Source: Heteronotia binoei
Taxonomy: Eukaryota
Assembly (NCBI RefSeq): GCF_032191835.1
Contig: NC_083237.1
Location: forward strand, 35,650,001-35,714,000
Length of the DNA: 64,000 nt
Direction of reading: 5' to 3'
Position numbers and translations under genes: made by a program. Under the pieces are notes generated by a model. That model was not told the origin of the DNA. It saw only the letters and a list, made by a program, of their open reading frames with translations, and made no database searches. Below are positions 11,701-23,540 of this stretch, one piece after another; positions within the stretch are counted from its first letter, which is position 1, and each line of letters opens with the position of its first letter.

Positions 11701-14062
11701 GAATGCTGAAATGTATCTCATACACATTTGAACAAAGAAGATTTTCTGAATGTTCCCCAGACTTTAATCTGTGTGTTTTGCCACTCAATATCTGGTCACA
11801 TCATGATCTCTTGGTGTCCACACTCTGCCAGCAGACTGGCTCTTGCATTTTTCTTCTTCTAGCGCAATGACAAACAAAAGTTGGGGAGAGGGAGGCTCAA
11901 GTTGAGACCCTCTAGACTGCTGCATACCTGTTCTTCTTAGAACCTCACTCAATCTCAGTTCTGAAGTTCTTCCCAGAAAACTGTGAAAAGTTTAACATTG
12001 CTAATTACTTTGGATTTAATTTGAGAAAGGGTATCCCAGGTAGTTCATTCTGTGAGTTAGCCAAGAGGATTGATTAATTGAATCTATCTTCTTCAGATCT
12101 GCCCCCCTCCCCATATAAGGGGGATGGTCCTGGGTTTCCAGATGTGATTGGCCTTGTTAACCAGAGGTGTGTGTCTGGGGGAAAACAAGAGAATCAAATG
12201 TTAGTGGGTCCTGGGATTTCCAAATTCTTTCAGTAATTTGGCTTCTCACAGGAGAGATAAGGTGCCACAGACTGCTTCCCTATCAGCCTGCAAGGAAGTT
12301 CAGGAAGCCGACAGCCACAGATGGCCAAAGCTATCTAATGATGAAGAGATGCATAGCTGGTTGTTGCAGTAGAAAGATGGAAATGGAGAAAGTAATGCAT
12401 AGAAGTAATGCATAGGGGTTGAATTGCCTAGCACACATGGGATTCCAACAATATTTGGGAGGGAGAAGTGGTTGGAATAATTAGGAATGGGTTACTGTCC
12501 TGGTTAGGGAGGTCATAAGTCACCGCGTTTCTGTGCCATGATTTATTAAAAGAACAACTTGCCTGAGAAATCAGATGGTTTGGTGTCTTGATCTTCAGCT
12601 GATGTGCACACATGTAACAAAAGCAAGATGCTGATGGCAGAGGAGCAGACTTTTCGTTCGATTCAAAGTTAGCTCACAAAACATGCAGGAAGTGTGGGGG
12701 GGGGGGTTTCGGGGGGAATGCTCCCCTCCATAAAATGACTATGCTTGTAATCACAGCACTGTGATGTGGCTTCAGTTCCTTGGAAAACCAGGTGATGGCA
12801 GTAAAGCTGTGGTAAATAGTGCCCTCTGTACCTGCTTTCATTTTATTTATTTATCCCCCCCCCCTTCCCTTTTGGAACATTTGACAGAAACTGCAGCTGT
12901 CTCGCCTGTTTATCACAATACATGGGGTGGGGGGCAGGCTGTAACAAAAGCAAGATGTGTGTGAGGAATTCAGACTTTGCAGGGATCGCCACAGACCCTT
13001 CAAGACTGACACCAGCTAAGGAACTTCAAAGCTAAGATGCAGCATGGCTGGCCACAGAAGTGCAAGGAGTTTTCCTTTTCTCTTTGGGGAGGGAAGGTGG
13101 GGCTTCTAGAATGTGTTTGAGGGATCTAATCAGTCTCCCTGTTATTTATTTGACTTTCAGAATCTGCGTTTTGATAATGTCTTCAAATTGAATTGCAACT
13201 ACATTAAAAATAATTTAAAAACCCTGTACTGTAGGATTTTTAAAGTTGAAATTGATAAAGTTTTTATTTATCTTAGTTAACTTATATTCCACTCTTTCCT
13301 GCAAGTGGGCTCAGAGCGGAGAACAACATAATTTAAACCTCAATCAATACCTATATATTAAAACAAAAATATGACAGTATAGGTGGCAGTTCTAATTGGG
13401 TACATTTGGCGTATCAATGTAGCTATAGGCTGAAATTAGATACAGAGATGGTATTATCAGACGACAACAAAGGAACCAAATAGATGGAATATGGGTGTCA
13501 TAATTTCAAAACAATGAAATATCTGGAAAACATTGGGACTGGTGGCCTAAAAATCAAAGATTAGATAAAATAAATAAGGTCTTCCTTAAACAGCCAATGT
13601 GGGTATGGGTCATCAGTTTTTTGCCTACAGCTATAGATCAAAATAGATCTACAGCTGAATTATTTGTCTCTTTTATTTGACCATGTGGCGGAACGGCCCC
13701 GGTCTGCCTATCAGACCCCGTTCCCCGAGCCCCCCCGCTTTTGAGGGAGCTATTTCTCCTCTGACCACTTGGGCTCGCTGCCACCACCTGCTGAGCCCAG
13801 GGGTTTGGACTGAGAGGAACAGGACTCCCAATCCCCCTCTCCATCTTTGAGGCCAGGCCTCAAGGTCCTCTGCCACCCTGTACTTGGGTATCACAGAGAC
13901 CGCAGCACTTCTTTGGGGAACCCCTGGAGGATTGGCACCTTATCCAACTATATGCCTTTCCCCTTCCCCGGGGCCCCCTTCATAAAGCAGCGTGGTCTAA
14001 AGCGGTTGGAGATCTATGTGGTACAAAGTTTGACTGCCAGCATTCAAAACAGTAAAAATTAG

Positions 14063-15203
14063 GAAGGGACTGCAAAGGAGCTCGTGCTTTGCACCCACTT
14101 TTGCCCACTTTTTGGCAGGCTGGATATGACTTGCAGTAGTCCCTCACATCCTGAGCCCCCTTCAGCCAGTAAAAATTTAACAAAAGCCTCTGTCTGGTCT
14201 TGTTGATCCCTAAGTGTCCAGCAAACAGTATGTCATGTGCCAGCTCCAAGAGCTTACGCCTGTATTTCCTGGGAACCACAAGCTGTTGAACTGCTTCCCA
14301 AGTCACTTGTCTACCGGGTGGCAACCACAGCCTATATAAGCGACCCTGCTTCCATACCACTTGTTCAGTCAGAGCTTCTGAGAACTCCACTTCCTGGTCC
14401 CTTGCTACCTTACGCAGCGATTCCAGACTAGGGTCACTTTGGATCTTTGCCAAGAAAGTTTCTGGTTCCCCCAGACTTTCTGCCCTCAGCTCCTCCAAGC
14501 CACCCATAGTCCCACTATTTCCGGGACACTCAGCCGACGTTTGGTTTGGGTTCTCCGCCCCCTCAGTTGGTTTTTCAGTGTCAGCCGACTGAACTCCTTC
14601 CTGCCTGGAAGGCTCCACAGCATCCTACTGCCCTTGGGTGAATTGGCACCCCTCTTCCCATTGGGCACACCCTCCTTCAGGGCTGGGGACAGGCTGGTCC
14701 TCTCCCTCCTGGGTGACTGACCTCTCTTCGTCCTCAGTAACCTGGGCTATTTTCTCCTCCCTGGTTGGTGGTGAGGTGGCTTCCCTAAAGTTGCCTTCCT
14801 CCTCCCACTTTCCTCTGAGGGTGTGGCTGAGGGTTACAGCATTGATAGTGTACTGGCCAACCAACAAATCCCAGCCCAATAACACTGGAACTGTCTGTTT
14901 CTTCATTACCCCAACCTCCATAAGACCTGCTGATCCTCGCCATTCCACTGGCATCCGGGCCACAGGAATCTTGGCGGGTGGTCCCAGAACCCCCTTGATT
15001 CTGAATGCCATATCAGGGACAATGTCAGCTTCTGACACCAGATCAGCCCTCACAAGGGTGACTGAAGAGCCAGTGTCAGCATGTCCAAAAACCAACCGGT
15101 CCTTAAGCCTTACTGGTTCCACAAAATCACTCCAGGCCTCCACAGGCTCCATTCTGGTGAAAAGACATTCATGGCTTACCATGGCCACATACTCCTCCTT
15201 CAC
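14063..15203 (-). pseudogene. Gypsy pol remnant: aspartic protease followed directly by the integrase N-terminal zinc-binding region; truncated, no RT/RNase H
   Basis: Protease motif GHADTGSSVTL. The same reading frame continues past a single in-frame TAG (14625-14627) into QSDPSL...LVVPRKYRRKLLELAHDILFAGHLGINKTRQRLLLNFYW...CKSYPACQKVG...APLQSLP, then joins LTR sequence at about 14062. Confidence 0.9.
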
Positions 15204-16311
15204 CTTTGGAGTGACTGGTGCTTTTGTTGTGGGTTTGGAAGTTTCAGCTTGCAGCTCTGGGCAGGCTGACCTTAAGTGTCCAGCCTTCCCACAGTTGTAG
15301 CATGTCGAATCTGGGGCTGATCCTGATTAGTCAAATCAGGAGATTTCCTACCCTCTTCCTGGGCAGGTTTCCCTTCCCTTTTGGGTGATGGTTGTTTCTT
15401 CCCACCCCTTAGGGACCCCTTTTGTCCCCTTCCCAACTGGGAAGGGATCCAATTCAACCCCTCTCTGTTCAGCACCAGCTCGTCTGCCAGTTCTGAGGCC
15501 TCTGTAATGGTTTTAGGTTTCCTATCTTTTACCAAGCATTTCAACTCTTTGGGAAGTCTGAAGTAGAATTGGTCTAAAATCAACAACTGAAACAAAGCCT
15601 TAAAATCCTGGGCTTTTTCTTCCTCTACCCATCTCTTCCCAAGATCACCTAGCTTTACCCCAGATTCAGAATAGGATTTACATTCTGGTGGGGCTAAACC
15701 CCTGAACTGCTTTCGGAAGTAGTCTGCCCCAGTTTAAACCTTTTAAAGACAGTGGCTTTATAGGTTGCAAAAGTTATCCCCCCATCTTCCATAGGCATGC
15801 TGTGATAGATGGCTGCAAGTTCTCCGGTCAGGATGCTACAGAGGTAAGACATATAGTCTTCCTCTGCAATTCCCCACTGTTTGGCTGCCTTCTCAAAGTT
15901 GGAGAGGTATATGGAGGGGTCTTCTCCCTCTTTGTACACTGCAAAGTCTTTGGGGGTGACTTTGATCTTTTTGCTTTGTTCAGCTTTCAGATGTAGCACC
16001 TCAAACTCATGGTGACGTTGCTGTTCCTGCTCGTGTCTGCAGATCTCAGCTTGTCTTTCATCCCTCTCCCTTTCCTCCTGTCTGCGGTCTCGGTCCGCCT
16101 CGATACGCATTCTTTCCAGTTCTACTTGTAGCCATAAAGTTGCTTCTGACTGGATGGGGGGCTCTTCTGCAGGTGCCCCTGCTCGCTGATTATGCTCCAA
16201 CAGGAGGTCTTGCATATCTGCTACGGTCATGTTGTCACACTCCAGCTTTTGCTTTGCACACTCTTCCTGGAGCTGTGGCTTTGTCATCTTCAAGATGTCC
16301 CATCTCTCCAC
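15204..16311 (-). pseudogene. Gypsy gag remnant: coiled coil, capsid/SCAN-like domain, CCHC zinc knuckle; 2 frameshifts
   Basis: EGEDPSIYLSNFEKAAKQW... then a frameshift near 15727 ...ADYFRKQFRGL...LLILDQFYFRLPKELKCLVKDRKPKTITEASELAD, then a frameshift near 15303 and CYNCGKAGHLRSACP. Confidence 0.9.
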
Positions 16312-17045
16312 GCTCCATCCTAACTAAACTAAACTTTCCCCTTTTGAGGGAGCTATTTCTCCTCTGGCCACTTAGGCTCGCTGCCACCACCTGCTCAGCC
16401 CAGGGGTTCGGACTGAGAGGAACAGGACTCCCAATCCCCCTCTCCAGCTTTGAGGCCAGGCCTCAAGGTCCTCTTCCACCCTGTACTTGGGTATCACAGA
16501 GACCACAGCACTTCTTCGGGGAACCCCTGGAGGATTGGCACCTTATCCAACTACATGCCTTCTCCCTTTCCCTTTCATAAAGCAGCGTGGTCTAAAGCGG
16601 TTGGAGATCTATGTGGTACAAAGTTTGACTGCCAGCATTCAAAACAGTAAAAATTAGAAGAGAAAAACAAAAACAGTTGCATGTAACAGTTTAGCACTGC
16701 ACCTGAACAGCAACCAGAAGGACAAATTAAACGCATCCTCCCGTCCCTGGATTAAACTTGCCCTGCCTTGTGAATGACTTCCTCGGTCTGACTGCCTGGA
16801 GTCCACTCCTCCTCTCCCTCAGGAGAAGGCCTCTCCCACAGTCAGGAGCCCACAGACTAACAACATCTCTCCTTGAGTGCCAGCCGAGAACTGAGCTTTT
16901 CCCGCCTAACTTCCAATAAAAATAAAAGAACTTCCTGCCTTTCTAGGAGGTTTTCCCCCTAAAGGCGATGGTTTAACTCCAGAAGGGAGGAGGGAATGAA
17001 GGGAAGGCTAGGCCACAAAGCCTGCCTTAGCAGTTTCATGTTCCC

Positions 17046-17642
17046 TGTCACGGGCTGGGGCCAGGCCAGGCGAAGTCCAGGGGCAGTCCAAGGTCTGTAG
17101 CTGGGTAGCAAGGAGGGTCCAAAGCACCAAAACCGAATCACAGTCCAGGTATCATAGGTCAGAGGTTCAGAAGCCGAAGTCAGGGGGTCCAGAAGTCAAT
17201 GCCAGAGTCAGGGGGGTCCAGAAGCCGAAGTCAGAAGCCGAAGTGGATGCTAGAACGTCAGGTAAGTGACTACTTGCTTCCACAGAGCCTTCTCTCAAAG
17301 CCCACAGCTATATAGCTCTCTGCTGTCTGTTGCCCATTTGGGCTAATTGCTGACTCAGAGGGCAGCCAGGATCCTGCTGAGACTCAAGCACCCTCACTCC
17401 TAGAAGGGCCAGAATCCTTTCAAAACTCAGGGCTCAGGAAGCGTCTTGCTCGTGAGCGTGCTGCCCTCCTCCGATCCCTGAGGTCCTGACGAAGGCAGTC
17501 ACGCACACGAGCCACCCGAGAGGGCGAGGCAAGGGGGCTTGGATCTTCTCCAGCAGGAGGCAGGGGCACTGGTGCAGGTGGCAGGGGCACAGTTTCTTCT
17601 TCAGGCTCGGCTTCTTCTGCAGGGCCCCCAGCACCCATGACA
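17046..17642 (-). mobile_element. Solo LTR of a second LTR-retrotransposon family, nested in the Gmr1-like LTR
   Basis: Termini TGTCACGGG...CCCATGACA (inverted). Perfect 5-bp TSD TTCCC at 17041-17045 and 17643-17647. TATA-like GCTATATAGC near 17307 and short internal GAAGCCGAAGTC repeats. Orientation is inferred. Confidence 0.85.
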
Positions 17643-18249
17643 TTCCCTCCCAACCAAGTACCACCATTAACTAAGATGGCGTTTCTCCACAGACCACTTT
17701 CAGACAGTAATTATAACACAGTCAAACTCTAATTATATGTAACACAGCTGACTTAATGGCGACCCTGTACAATTTCCAAGGCAAGAGATAGTCAAAGGTG
17801 GTTTGCCATTGCCTTCCCCTACATAGGAACCCTGGACTTCCTTGGTTGTTTCTCATCCAGATACTTGGCAGGGCCAACTCTTCTTTGCTTCTGAGTTCTG
17901 ACCAGATCAGGCTAGCTACAAGTGCACAAATTCCAGGAATCCTTGTAACAATTTTATAACATAGGCTGCCATTATTAACCACATATTTCAATAGAGGAGT
18001 CTGCCAAGCAAATTTCAGATTGGACTGAGATTCAAATTGGGAAACTCATAACTATTATTGGAGTTACCAGACGCAAAGGAAGGCAATCCAAGTTGTGGGT
18101 GGCAAATGGCAGGATCGTTCATCCAGATCAAGTACAAAAGAAAGCCTTGTGTATATGGAATTTGAAGTTGTGGCTTTCAATGAGAAGTTAAACTCTGGTA
18201 CAAATGCCACCTGGGTGTTGATCCCCTTCATTATGGTGCCAAGATAATG

Positions 18250-18600
18250 ACCAGCAGAAAGCCCTACTGCCAAAATAAACAGACCCCAAATCCTCAGCTG
18301 TTGCCTGGAACTTCATTAAGCAGGAATGCGCCGCCTGCTAACTGGACGGGTTCCAGAGCAGATCTGATTGCTTGAGAGGATCACTGCCCTGGACTGGAAC
18401 AATGGGCAGCAGAAAGAGGTAGTCTGTGCCCAAATCTCTGCTCGCCCTTCCTGGACCCGGAGATAACAGCCCCATGACCAATCTGTGGCCATGAGAACAG
18501 GAAAATCTTGACTTCAGCAGAGCAAAAAATAGGTGTTGACCGGGCAAGTGTTGCCAGGGTTGCTGCTGGCACCCAGAGCGAAAAGTCCTGAATCATTTGC
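18250..18600 (+). mobile_element. Highly degenerate L2 ORF2 fragment (tentative)
   Basis: Fragments RRLL/DGFQ, LDWNN and TAP* line up in order with L2 RSQMDP..Q, ETWNN and SAPW; multiple frameshifts. Confidence 0.35.
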
Positions 18601-19947
18601 AGGTCAGTGACTACCTCCTGTTTGGGAACATGTAATCCGCAGGGAACAAGTTTGGAGGGCAAAGAAGAAAAGCAATAAGTACAATTCAATGGGGCTGCAA
18701 AAGAATTGGGAGCAGAGGTTCGAACCCAACTCACATTAACAGGCAAAGATCAGTGCTGGAGAATTCAAATAAGCAAACGCCATCCAATGTAGCCTGAAGG
18801 GGCACCATCTAGGAAATTGTTGATGTCTTTTGATCATTGTGTAAACCCTCCCACACATGATATCCCCCCCCCACCCACCCCGGGAACTGAAATACATGTT
18901 GTTTGAAATGGATTTAAGATTGCCAACCTCCAGGTAGGGTCTGGAGTTCTCCCAGAATTACATTTCAATTCCAGATTATAGAGATCAGTTCCTCAAGAGA
19001 AAATGGTAGCCGTCAGTCACAGAACCTTTATTGGCATAACAACGACAGTATCAAATCAATGAAGCAGGGGGAAAGGTGGTTAATTAAATATTCTAAGCAG
19101 ACTTCTCCTCCTGCAAGCACAGTAAAGGACGTTTGCCACCACTTTGATGGTGTCAGCCTTATTTGAGGCTAGGAAACTATCTTGCTTTCATCAGAATTAC
19201 CCTCCAGGGATTGCAATGAATATAGGATCCAGATAAGATGCATGCAAATCACAGTCAAATCTACAGGATAAAAGTACATGGTTAGTTCCTAAGATTGCAA
19301 TTGAAAATGGTAGCTTCAGATGGCAAATCCTATGGTATAGCATAGATTCTAGGTGAAATCCCTCCCCAAATCCAAATCCGGCAGCCCTAAATACACCAGC
19401 TATGACTCTTGCAGATGTCTTTGTTTTCATGTGCCTGTCCCATCTCCATTAGAAAGCAGTTTGAAATCCTGAGAAAGCTCAGGAGTTCAAAAAGCCCAGA
19501 ACTTGACAAAGGGCTCCTCAGATAAAGGGCTCTTAGTAGGGATGCCAGCTTGCAGGTGGGACCAGGGTATCCTCTGGATTACAGCTCATCTCCAGACTAC
19601 AGAGATCAGTTCCCCTGGAGAAAATGGATGCTTTGGAGGGTGGACACTAGGGCATTATACATCACTGGGGTCCCTGTCCTCCCCAGGCTCCACTCCCAAA
19701 TCTAGAAGTTTCTCAGCCTGGATCTGGCAACCCTACCCTCATCCCCTGCCACTGGCCAGAAGGGACCTGGGAACTCTTAGCCTGCTTGGATTTGTGGAAG
19801 AGAGGGGTCCATTTCCCCCCACCCAGAAAGAGAATGGCTGGAATCAGCTGTGCTTAGCCTATGCAAACAATTTTACAGGTTATATTTTTTTGTGCCACTG
19901 ATGAAATAGGTTTTACTGAGATGATCTTTAAACTGTTTAAATCCACA

Positions 19948-20101
19948 CAGGGCTTTTTTTCTGGAAAAAGAGGTGCTGGAACTCTCAAGAGGGTAATGAA
20001 AGCGAAACACATGGAGTGCTACTCATTTTTGAGATTTTTGTTTCCCCAAAGAGGTTCCGGAACTCCGTTCCATCATGTTCCCCCAGGGGGGAAAAGCCCT
20101 G
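19948..20101. mobile_element. hAT-type MITE
   Basis: TIR CAGGGCTTTT / AAAAGCCCTG; 8-bp TSD AATCCACA / AACCCACA (7/8). Confidence 0.8.
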
Positions 20102-20411
20102 AACCCACATATTTAGAAGAATGATAGTGTACAAGTTTATATCTAAATAAGTACAGAAAGCATGGGAAGAGGGTGCTGAAACCCACCCTTCCAAAACCTT
20201 ATCTCTCCTTATTTGCATCAATCCAGAAAAGCTAAAAAGAGGAGCCTGGACAAATCAAATAAGAGAGTGGTGGTTACGGGAAGGGAAGGGAACAAGTTCA
20301 GTACCCCTTCTCTGTGCATTGTTTTATAGACCCCACTTTACATGTGAGCAGGAGTGAACAATGGCCCCATCAATCTCAGAAGTGCTTGTAGCATTCTCAT
20401 GAGTCTCATGG

Positions 20412-20617
20412 GGCGGGACAGTGGCTCAGTAGTAAAGTATCTGCTTGGTAAGCAGAAGTTCCCAGGTTCAATCCCCAGCATCTCCAACTAAAAAGGGTCC
20501 AGGCAAGTCACCTCCACTGGAGACCCTGGAGAGCCGCAGCCAGTCTGAGTAGACAAGACTGACTTTGATAGACCGAGAAGGGTCTGATTCAGTATAAGGC
20601 AGCTTCATATATGTTCA
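20412..20617 (+). mobile_element. tRNA-derived SINE (Squam3-like)
   Basis: GGGACAGTGGCTCAGTAGTAAAG A box, GGTTCAATCCCC B box, tail GGTCTGATTCAGTATAAGGCAGCTTCATATATGTTC; near-identical to 60682-60890. Confidence 0.75.
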
Positions 20618-22389
20618 CTACCTGAAGCCTTCATTCAGAGCTGCATTTGCACAACATAAGCTACAGCTTATGGCCTCAAATTTCAAAGGGCCTCTAAAGA
20701 CAAAAGAATACTAATTTTCAATGTTCGAATAATACATATTTTCAGGTAAAGCTGGTAAAGGGGCTCTTAAATGTGCACCATGACTTTGAGGCCTTCTTTC
20801 ACAATACCAGACTTCTCAAGTAGATGTACAAGACCCATGTTTTGACTGTGGCACTCAAAAGGCTTGCTGGAGTTGAAGTATACCTCTCCTCAGCTTATTT
20901 CTCCATGGCATGTTTCCCCAGCATACCATGGTGCTCACCAAGTACTTGCTGCAGTGGTACATACCTTTCCCCAGCATACTTCTTTACTGCAGTATCAACG
21001 GGACTTGCTAAAAGCCTAGGGTTGCCAATGTCCAGGCTGTTCCTGGTATTACAGCTGATCTCCAGGTGAACAAGATCAGTTCCCCTGGAGAAAATGGCTA
21101 CTTTGGAGGGTGGACCCTGTGGCATTATACCCTGCTGAGGTCCTTCCCCTCCCCAAACTGTGCCTTTCACAGGCTCTGCCCCCCAAATTCCCAACTATTT
21201 CCAAGTCCAAGCTGGCAGCCCTATAAAAAGCTGTCCTCAGGAGGATATCAGAACTGGCTTTCACCAGCTCCTCAGTCCCCTTTCTTCTTTAATCATTCCA
21301 AACCATAGTGCCTCTCTATGGAAACCCAAAGCCAGGGTACAACAAACAGATTGCTACCCATCTGCCTGTTTCTAGCCCCCCTCCCCTTCCCAAGCCCTTC
21401 CCCAGTGGCATATTTCTGCACTGTACATCAATAAGCCCCCGATAGCAGAAGAACTGCTGCACGCTAGGCATAGACTGCCAAGGAATAAGGAAAGGTCAGG
21501 GCCCATCTGTCCTCGCTTGGGGGGGCAGACTGCTGACACGCAGGCCAGGGGGCTTTGCCCAGTGCAAAAAGATCCTTGTTGAAACAGATGGTCTCCCCCC
21601 AAAAGGGTTGCAATTAGTGGGCAACAGGAAAAGGAAACCGATCTAGGGAAGGGCTACTCAGTTTCCAAGCTGTTAGATCACTTAGCAGTGCACTAATTTC
21701 TCCTTAATATCCCATAATCACTTTGCCATGTTCTCAGAGTAAATGAAGATGGGGCTTTCCCTGTACCTGCTTCTATGACTGACATAGAGATTTTCACTTC
21801 TATTGGCGATCGTACAGATGAAACCAGGGACTAGTACTTATTATCACCAGCAGTTGTGTTCACGTGGTATTATGGGAATGAACCTCTCCAACAATAATTT
21901 TTTAAGAACCCTGTAATATCCACATGTCGGCCTTTGGCAACAAAATTTGGAAGAAGCAGGAAAAGGAACGGAAGCAGTGAATAAGTGTTCCCTATTTCCT
22001 GCCACACCCTACTCCCATAAACCAACCACTAAGAATGTTCGTTGGGCGGTAATCCAGAACCATGAAAACTTAGAAACCTTCTCACAAAGGACCTCACTGG
22101 GAAAGAGTGTGGCCCTTCCCACATGGGGGCTCTTTGCTGTGGTTTCCCTATTGCTGCTGTGTCTGCCAATGCAGGGCAGCAGCACCCCATTTTCTGTGGC
22201 AGCTATTTCACCTTCATTCCTGCTCCCTCCATTATCTTGTTATAGCAACAGGACAATTTTGTTCCTCCCCAGCCACCCAAACATGGCAGGTAGCCCTGCA
22301 AAAGAGTAGGGGAGCCAGTCTCCCATTTCTACTCATGCACTTCCTGTGCAGTCTGTATATCTACAGATAAACAGGAATTATAGACTATA

Positions 22390-22541
22390 CGGCACTTTTA
22401 TGCATGCTAAATAATGCAGTTTCAATCCACTTCAGCGACTATTTTGCAAGTGGATTTTGCTATTTCACACAGTAAACTCCAGTCGCAAAGTGCATTGAAA
22501 GTGCATCGAAAGTATGTTATTTAGCATGTGTCAAAATGCCT
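22390..22541. mobile_element. Palindromic MITE with TA flanks
   Basis: Inverted arms GGCACTTTTATGCATGCTAAATAA / TTATTTAGCATGTGTCAAAATGCC; shares TTTCAATCCACTT repeats with 22582-22979. Confidence 0.6.
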
Positions 22542-22581
22542 TATAATGCAACCCCTTGGTACAGAAAGAAATCCTCTCGAA

Positions 22582-22979
22582 GGCTGTGATCACACACACC
22601 AAATAATGCACTTTCAATCCACTTTCAATGCACTTTTTAACTGTGTGAACTGGCAAGATCCAGACCTATTCTCTATTAGCCTTGTCCCGGTCCCCCGCTC
22701 CACATCTCCCTGGGGCTTCCCTTCAATTTTGCCCCAGGGCTGCAACTCACTCCGCCTCTTTTGTGTGGCAAACAGAAACTGGTTTTAGAGGATCTTGCTT
22801 GCTGGGTGAAAGAGGTGGAGTGAGTTGCAGCCCTGGGGCAGCTTGTGCAAAATCAGAAGGAAGTCCCACAGAGAAGAGGGGTGTGAGACCAGGACAAGGC
22901 TAGTGGTAAATTGGTCCCAGTTGGAAAGTGCGCTGAAAGTGGATTGAAAGTGTATTATTTAGTGCGTGTGATCACAGCC
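22582..22979. mobile_element. MITE with ~60-bp terminal inverted repeats
   Basis: GGCTGTGATCACACACACCAAATAATGCACTTTCAATCCACTTTC ... GAAAGTGGATTGAAAGTGTATTATTTAGTGCGTGTGATCACAGCC. Confidence 0.7.
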
Positions 22980-23445
22980 AAAAAAGAAACCTTGGAACTC
23001 TCCACTCCCTCTTGGCACTGAGCAGCATTGAAACAAGAGCTTGATATCAATAATGAGGTTCTCTGGTGTGAGTTGTGAGCGGAAAGAAGGAACGATGGAC
23101 TATTGCCTGTCAACATGTGAAATGACAAGATTGCAGAGAAGCAGTGGACACTTCCTCCCTCCCTTAAGGCTTGTCCCACCAAATATTAGCCCCTGGTGCC
23201 TTAAGCAAGAAGAAAACAGCAGGAATCCTCCTTTCCAGGAACATCTGGGGCATATATACCAAAGCATAAGAGCAGCTGGGCAAGCAGTGGTAAAAATAAC
23301 CTTGATAACTGGCTGCTAATCCTGCCCCTGGAACTGCCTGGACCGCAGAGGCCTGACCTTTTGGGGCAGAGGGATAAGAGGAAGAGGGGTGGTTTGGCTG
23401 GCTTCCCCGTGTGTGGCTGGACTGAACCAGTTGGGAAGCGGTTGC

Positions 23446-23452
23446 TATAAAA
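23446..23452 (+). promoter_or_regulatory. TATA box of the SBK2-like gene
   Basis: GCTATAAAAGG, 95 bp upstream of the first-exon ATG. A MEF2-like GTAAAAATAA (23290-23299), GATA TGATAA (23303-23308) and E-box CAGCTG (23273-23278) lie nearby. Confidence 0.65.
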
Positions 23453-23540
23453 GGCTCCACGGGGACCTACATGTGGCAGGTACCAGACAGGCAGGCAGGA
23501 CTGAGGACCTGGAGAGTGAATCCAAGAGTGAATTGACAGG

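Larger units (their letters stand above)
13684..17691 (-). mobile_element. Gmr1-like Gypsy LTR retrotransposon, internally deleted and non-autonomous
   Basis: Termini TGTGGCGGAACGGCC...GGCGTTTCTCCACA form an imperfect inverted repeat. Perfect 5-bp TSD GACCA at 13679-13683 and 17692-17696. Direct repeats at 13738-14062 and 16341-16657. Minus-strand gag, protease and integrase remnants lie between them. Confidence 0.92.

Noticed and set aside
13738-17691. DIRS/Ngaro split-repeat element or spliced retrocopy as the explanation for the odd LTR layout
   Set aside because: Protease, DDE-type integrase N-terminus, TG..CA ends and a 5-bp TSD indicate Gypsy. No GT/AG is present at either junction on either strand.
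18060-18480. WD40-like peptides (LCIWNLK, SAVAWN, ITALDWN)
   Set aside because: They fall in different frames with stops and have no splice structure; better explained as decayed L2 ORF2.
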